Shown piece after piece: positions 60,124 to 64,000 of a stretch of 64,000 nucleotides of DNA (its first letter is position 1; each line of letters begins with the position of its first letter). This stretch comes from Candidatus Poribacteria bacterium (lineage in GTDB: Bacteria > Poribacteria > WGA-4E > WGA-3G). Below the pieces are notes generated by a model. The model made no database searches. It had not been told where the DNA came from and saw nothing but the letters and a program-made list of their open reading frames with translations. A program made the position numbers and the translations under genes. The stretch is from contig CAXXLX010000001.1 of assembly GCA_963665235.2 (NCBI GenBank), positions 4,000,001 to 4,064,000 of the forward strand, given 5' to 3'.

Positions 60124-60152
60124 TTGACATTTTACAAAGGACATGTTATCAT
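60124..60152 (+). promoter_or_regulatory. sigma70 promoter
   Basis: TTGACA-17 nt-TATCAT. Confidence 0.6.
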
Positions 60153-60380
60153 TTGTGAAAGTGCTGTTCATGACACACCTAACAGTGTGTTCCAAGTCTA
60201 TATCCACTTCGGTGCCAGCGCAATACGCGGCAGCCCTCGGAGAAGTGGAAAGGGAATGCACCCGAATATAGCCAGATGCTGTCCAGCATCTGGCAGGAAT
60301 AGTAGTTACAAATGCACATTTCGCCTTTACAAACTTAACACCCTAGCCTGGGTACGTCTTAACCCAAAGAGAGGTGAGAG

Positions 60381-60575
60381 ATGAACAGCAGTAAACTATC
60401 CCGATTGAAGCAGACAGCCGGGTATCGGAGGTGCTGCGCTATAATCAGCGTGAGTCTCATTATTGCGGTGATACTCATTGGAACATTCAAGGTAATCAAT
60501 GGGAACAGCAACACGGATGGTTTCCGTATTCCCTGCGGTCCCGCGATACCCCCTTGTACATTAACAACACGTTAA
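60381..60575 (+). CDS. Small single-TM protein
   Basis: GAGGTG RBS; basic N-terminus followed by a hydrophobic helix. Confidence 0.45.
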   Translation: MNSSKLSRLKQTAGYRRCCAIISVSLIIAVILIGTFKVINGNSNTDGFRIPCGPAIPPCTLTTR

Positions 60576-60671
60576 TAAACGAATGTTGAATAGCACGCTA
60601 CATGCCGAGCATGTGTTGCATAATCAGTCCTCTATCTTCGCATCACAGCCAAAGAAAGGAGACTATTTCTC

Positions 60672-61520
60672 ATGAGAAATAAAATGAGATGGGGGTTAGC
60701 AGCCCTTATTTTCTTACTAATCGGTGCGACACTCTTTGTGTCCCTCAAGAACCGCTCGGAAAACCGGCAGGTTGAAACGGATTTGAAGGAAGCCAAAGAA
60801 CTGCGTCAGCAGAACAAGGAACAACCGAAAGAAATCGCCAAGGAGCAACCGAAAGAAAATGCCCCTGGCACTCCGCCCCCTGTGCATGGCCACGCGGATG
60901 ACACCGTCCACGAAGACGAACAGCACATTGTGAAAGATACGGAACCGCAAATAGCATCCAAAGACTACGAACCCATACAGGTAGAGATACCCGAAGGTAT
61001 TACAGACCCGGAGGTGCTGGCTGCCTGGGAACGGGTGCAGTATATCGCAAACAATATATGGGAGTGGGGGGGCGTGCCATCCGCCGAAACTGAAGCATTG
61101 ATAAATCAACTGATGCCACCCCCTAACGGCTTTTCGGGACCTACTGGACATAGCGATGCTGAAGAGACAATAGACCTATTAGGTAGCCTAGATCGGAACG
61201 ACCCACGCTCCGCAGCAGTTATGGCAACTTATCTCTGTGAAGGTCTTGTCGGCGGCCTGGGACCGAAAATGGGGTTGGTAGAGATGGGTGTGCCTGCTGT
61301 GCCATACCTCATCCCCTATATGCTTGACATGGAGCTGATGCCGGTATTACGTAGTAGAGCACTTGAGGTATTATGTCGGATTGCTGAAAAGCATCGTGAA
61401 GAGTTAGGCGGTATTGTGGAACATATCCTCATCCCCCGACTGGAAGCCATCCTGTCGGAGGAAAAACCTGATTATTTTGAAGAAAAAGACGCGAAAGAGT
61501 ACCTTCCGCGTCTGAAATAA
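60672..61520 (+). CDS. Membrane-anchored or secreted hypothetical protein
   Basis: AAGGAG RBS; N-terminal TM; low-complexity linker; helical C-terminus. Confidence 0.8.
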   Translation: MRNKMRWGLAALIFLLIGATLFVSLKNRSENRQVETDLKEAKELRQQNKEQPKEIAKEQPKENAPGTPPPVHGHADDTVHEDEQHIVKDTEPQIASKDYEPIQVEIPEGITDPEVLAAWERVQYIANNIWEWGGVPSAETEALINQLMPPPNGFSGPTGHSDAEETIDLLGSLDRNDPRSAAVMATYLCEGLVGGLGPKMGLVEMGVPAVPYLIPYMLDMELMPVLRSRALEVLCRIAEKHREELGGIVEHILIPRLEAILSEEKPDYFEEKDAKEYLPRLK

Positions 61521-61550
61521 CCGAAACCTCTCTAATAGAGGAGATGACTC

Positions 61551-62201
61551 ATGAAAGCTAAATCTATTTTTTTGATTTTATTGCTACTGATATGTGCGTT
61601 TATTCCGTTTCAGAGTGGGGTGTCAACGTCTTTGAAATCGTATGAGGTACCCGTTGTCATTGTTACGCCGTGTATTCAGTGGGGTGCTTGGAAAGTCGGA
61701 CAAAGTGAGGGGGTTGGTGATACCCCTAAAGAAGAAACGACTTTTATTACGAACTCTGAAAAAACGTGCTGTGTAGAAGTTTCTGTGAAGTATTGTGAAA
61801 ATCAACCTACGTATGCCTACGAGATCACAGATTTTAAATTTGAGATTACAATGAACAACGGGTTCAAAGTCGTATCATTGCAGGCCTCCTGTTCTGTCAC
61901 CAATTCGCGCGGGGATACCTGCACGGTGAGTAGTTTCTATGCATGTGCGTCGCATACACACCAATATCCCATCCGGTGTGCGCGCAGCGCGTGTGCACAA
62001 ATTGTAAGCACTCGGTTGGCACACCGCATCGATTGCAGCAATTGTGGCGGGTATTACTGGACCTGTATTTCAGGAGCGACACACAACCACACGACGGTCT
62101 TCACGTGTAAGCGTCCTGGGTGTGGCGTGTCCTTCACGTCCTGTAGCAACGGGACCTGCACCAGTAACTGGGGTACGCATCCGTGGCATTGGGCACAGTA
62201 G
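61551..62201 (+). CDS. Secreted Cys/His-rich hypothetical protein
   Basis: GAGGAG RBS; signal peptide; about 17 Cys. Confidence 0.75.
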   Translation: MKAKSIFLILLLLICAFIPFQSGVSTSLKSYEVPVVIVTPCIQWGAWKVGQSEGVGDTPKEETTFITNSEKTCCVEVSVKYCENQPTYAYEITDFKFEITMNNGFKVVSLQASCSVTNSRGDTCTVSSFYACASHTHQYPIRCARSACAQIVSTRLAHRIDCSNCGGYYWTCISGATHNHTTVFTCKRPGCGVSFTSCSNGTCTSNWGTHPWHWAQ

Positions 62202-62226
62202 TAGCAGAACGCTCAACTTTGAACGC

Positions 62227-62268
62227 AAAAGGCAGGTATCCAATTTTTGTGGAACCTGCCTTTCTCTT
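62227..62268 (+). terminator. Intrinsic terminator
   Basis: AAAGGCAGGT..ACCTGCCTTT stem followed by a T-rich tail. Confidence 0.7.
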
Positions 62269-62464
62269 TAGACACATTTCACACCCCGCCTCCTCGTTAC
62301 CTCCTTTCGCCTCCCCCCATCCTCTTGGAAAACCAGAAGGGCAGTCCGTTTATAGAAGTTTTACACGCCTATAAAAAATAAAGTTTGGACATGCAAGATA
62401 AAGTGTGTTAAAATTAGCATCAAACCTATGTTAAGGTACGTTTGAATCTTTCTTTGCTGGACAG

Positions 62465-62650
62465 AAGAGGTCGCGTGCACAGCACGCTCCTACACAAGAG
62501 GTCGCGTGCACAGCACGCTCCTACACAAGAGGTCGCGTGCATAGCACGCTCCTACACAAGAGGTCGCGAGCACAGCACGCTCCTACACAAGAATATCGCG
62601 TGCACAGCACGCTCCTACACAAGAATATCGCGAGCACAGCTCGCTCCTAC
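62465..62650 (-). repeat. Six tandem ~30-bp GTAG REP units
   Basis: TCGCG(T/A)GCACAGCACGCTCCTACACAAGA x6. Confidence 0.88.
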
Positions 62651-62675
62651 AGAAGATTTAAGAGGGAGGTACAGA

Positions 62676-63830
62676 ATGGACACGAATCAATCACCTGAGC
62701 AAGAAACGTATCGGGCAACTGCTTTTGCTGATTCAAAGCCTGAGCTTGCAGCCCCCGGTGCAACGCCAGAACGGTTGGCGCATTTGAAGGAGCACGGTTT
62801 TGTCATCATCACGGACTTTGTTGACAATCCCTGGATACCTATTCTCCGAGAGGCAGGCCGCCGTGTTACCGAGGCGTGCGCGCCTGAAAACGGTTACGAC
62901 AAAATTGATTGCTCAAAAGGATACGTACACCGTACAGGACAGGAGCAGCCCTGGGCAATCCGAGGGATTATTCATCCTGCTTTCAAAGAGCCCAGCTTTG
63001 CCGAGTTCCACGGGTCTTCAGGTTTCCTAGATTTCGTTGCATCTTGGTGCAATGGACTACAGGCTGAAGACCTGACATTTAGCGGTATGCTACTGTGGTG
63101 CAACCCACGTACACACGAGAATAAACTCGGATGGCACAGAGATGTGACGTGGTGGGGAACAGGAAAAGGTTATTTCGCGCAACGCGAGGTCCGAGGGGAT
63201 GGTCCGGAGGCTTATTCCGAAGAGGTTGAAAGAGCTCTCTGGAAGGAAATCCAGGAGAGGAACGCGAAATCTATTACGGAACGGAACGGCGTGAGCATGT
63301 TCCTCGCACTCGCTGATGACGAATGCCATGAGATGGTTCCCGGGAGCCATAACCGATGGCGGACACCCTTTGAGCACGATGTGCTCCTACCGAAATCGAT
63401 GAAGGACCAAGGTGTACCGTACACCCCGAGCTGGGACGGTGTATCTCCGCTGCCGGGGCAGGTCGCAATTCGATTGAAGGCAGGGGAGGCACTTATCCGC
63501 AATGGTGCCGCAATCCACACAGGACATACCGTCCCTGAGCGCGAACGTAACACGTTGTCAATCGGTTGGTCGAAGTGGTCAGGTGAATTCACCGGTGAAC
63601 CGTCAGTGACGGATGTGCGGCATGCTTGGCAACTCGACCCCGCTGTACGAGAGGCTTTGCCATACAACTGGATGAAAACCGCATGGGACCGTTGGGCGGA
63701 AACCCAAAAATTAGGGGATACGCTCGAGGACAGGTACACAGGTTTTGACATCAAGCATATCAAAGCTGGCAATGTCTTGGGGTGGCGCGGTGAGCTGGAA
63801 CGTCAAGCTGCTGCAGCAGGAAACGGGTAG
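62676..63830 (+). CDS. PhyH-like Fe(II)/2OG dioxygenase
   Basis: HGFVII, WHRD, VPGSH, LKAGE..IH; GGAGG RBS before ATG 62676. Confidence 0.85.
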   Translation: MDTNQSPEQETYRATAFADSKPELAAPGATPERLAHLKEHGFVIITDFVDNPWIPILREAGRRVTEACAPENGYDKIDCSKGYVHRTGQEQPWAIRGIIHPAFKEPSFAEFHGSSGFLDFVASWCNGLQAEDLTFSGMLLWCNPRTHENKLGWHRDVTWWGTGKGYFAQREVRGDGPEAYSEEVERALWKEIQERNAKSITERNGVSMFLALADDECHEMVPGSHNRWRTPFEHDVLLPKSMKDQGVPYTPSWDGVSPLPGQVAIRLKAGEALIRNGAAIHTGHTVPERERNTLSIGWSKWSGEFTGEPSVTDVRHAWQLDPAVREALPYNWMKTAWDRWAETQKLGDTLEDRYTGFDIKHIKAGNVLGWRGELERQAAAAGNG

Positions 63831-63869
63831 AATTTTCGCAAGCTCTGTAGGCGTGCTTTAGAGGCGCGC

Positions 63870-64000
63870 CTACTTTTTTATTAAAGATTCATAGAGGGTA
63901 TAAAGCTTTTCGCCAATGCTACGCCAATCGTAATCCCGTTCGACGCGCGCCCGGCCGTTTTCACCGATCTTACGGCGGAGCGGCGGAGCGGTGAGCAATC
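63870..64000 (-). CDS. Glycosyltransferase family 4, C-terminal end (partial)
   Basis: LRRKIGENGRARVERDYDWRSIGEKLYTLY*. Confidence 0.7.
   Translation of the reverse strand, partial: LLTAPPLRRKIGENGRARVERDYDWRSIGEKLYTLYESLIKK

Noticed and set aside
62442-62675. N-terminal extension of the PhyH ORF
   Set aside because: Translation of the REP array; the RBS supports ATG 62676.

Overview
Bacterial chromosomal segment of roughly 50% GC. By inference it is probably Candidatus Poribacteria: it has a LamG protein ending in 'AVEAKNKLAVTWGQLK', WD40-cohesin-dockerin proteins, two PhyH dioxygenases, a sulfatase and Gfo/Idh/MocA enzymes. Housekeeping and envelope genes include ruvX, pspA-like, a 2-oxoacid dehydrogenase E2, uppP, ispG, hisC, a sigma70 factor, an MsbA-like ABC transporter, sppA, polysaccharide genes, secA, gnd and ubiX/ubiA. 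The intergenic DNA is crowded with small mobile and repeat elements. At least four MITE families have clear TIRs and target-site duplications, and two of these duplications are confirmed by empty alleles inside the window. Several MITEs carry GTAG-type REP hairpins amplified to variable copy number, and they nest inside one another. One MITE stack splits a mazF gene, and a TnpB-only IS200/IS605 element splits an HsdR_N-like gene. The most unusual signals are: (1) larC broken by a single in-frame UGA, followed 9 nt later by a strong hairpin or pseudoknot (candidate recoding); (2) REP-carrying nested MITEs; (3) a sigma70 factor with a duplicated region 1.2-2 module; (4) an orphan Rpn C-terminal ORF with its own RBS. 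No CRISPR array, rRNA or tRNA was recognised.
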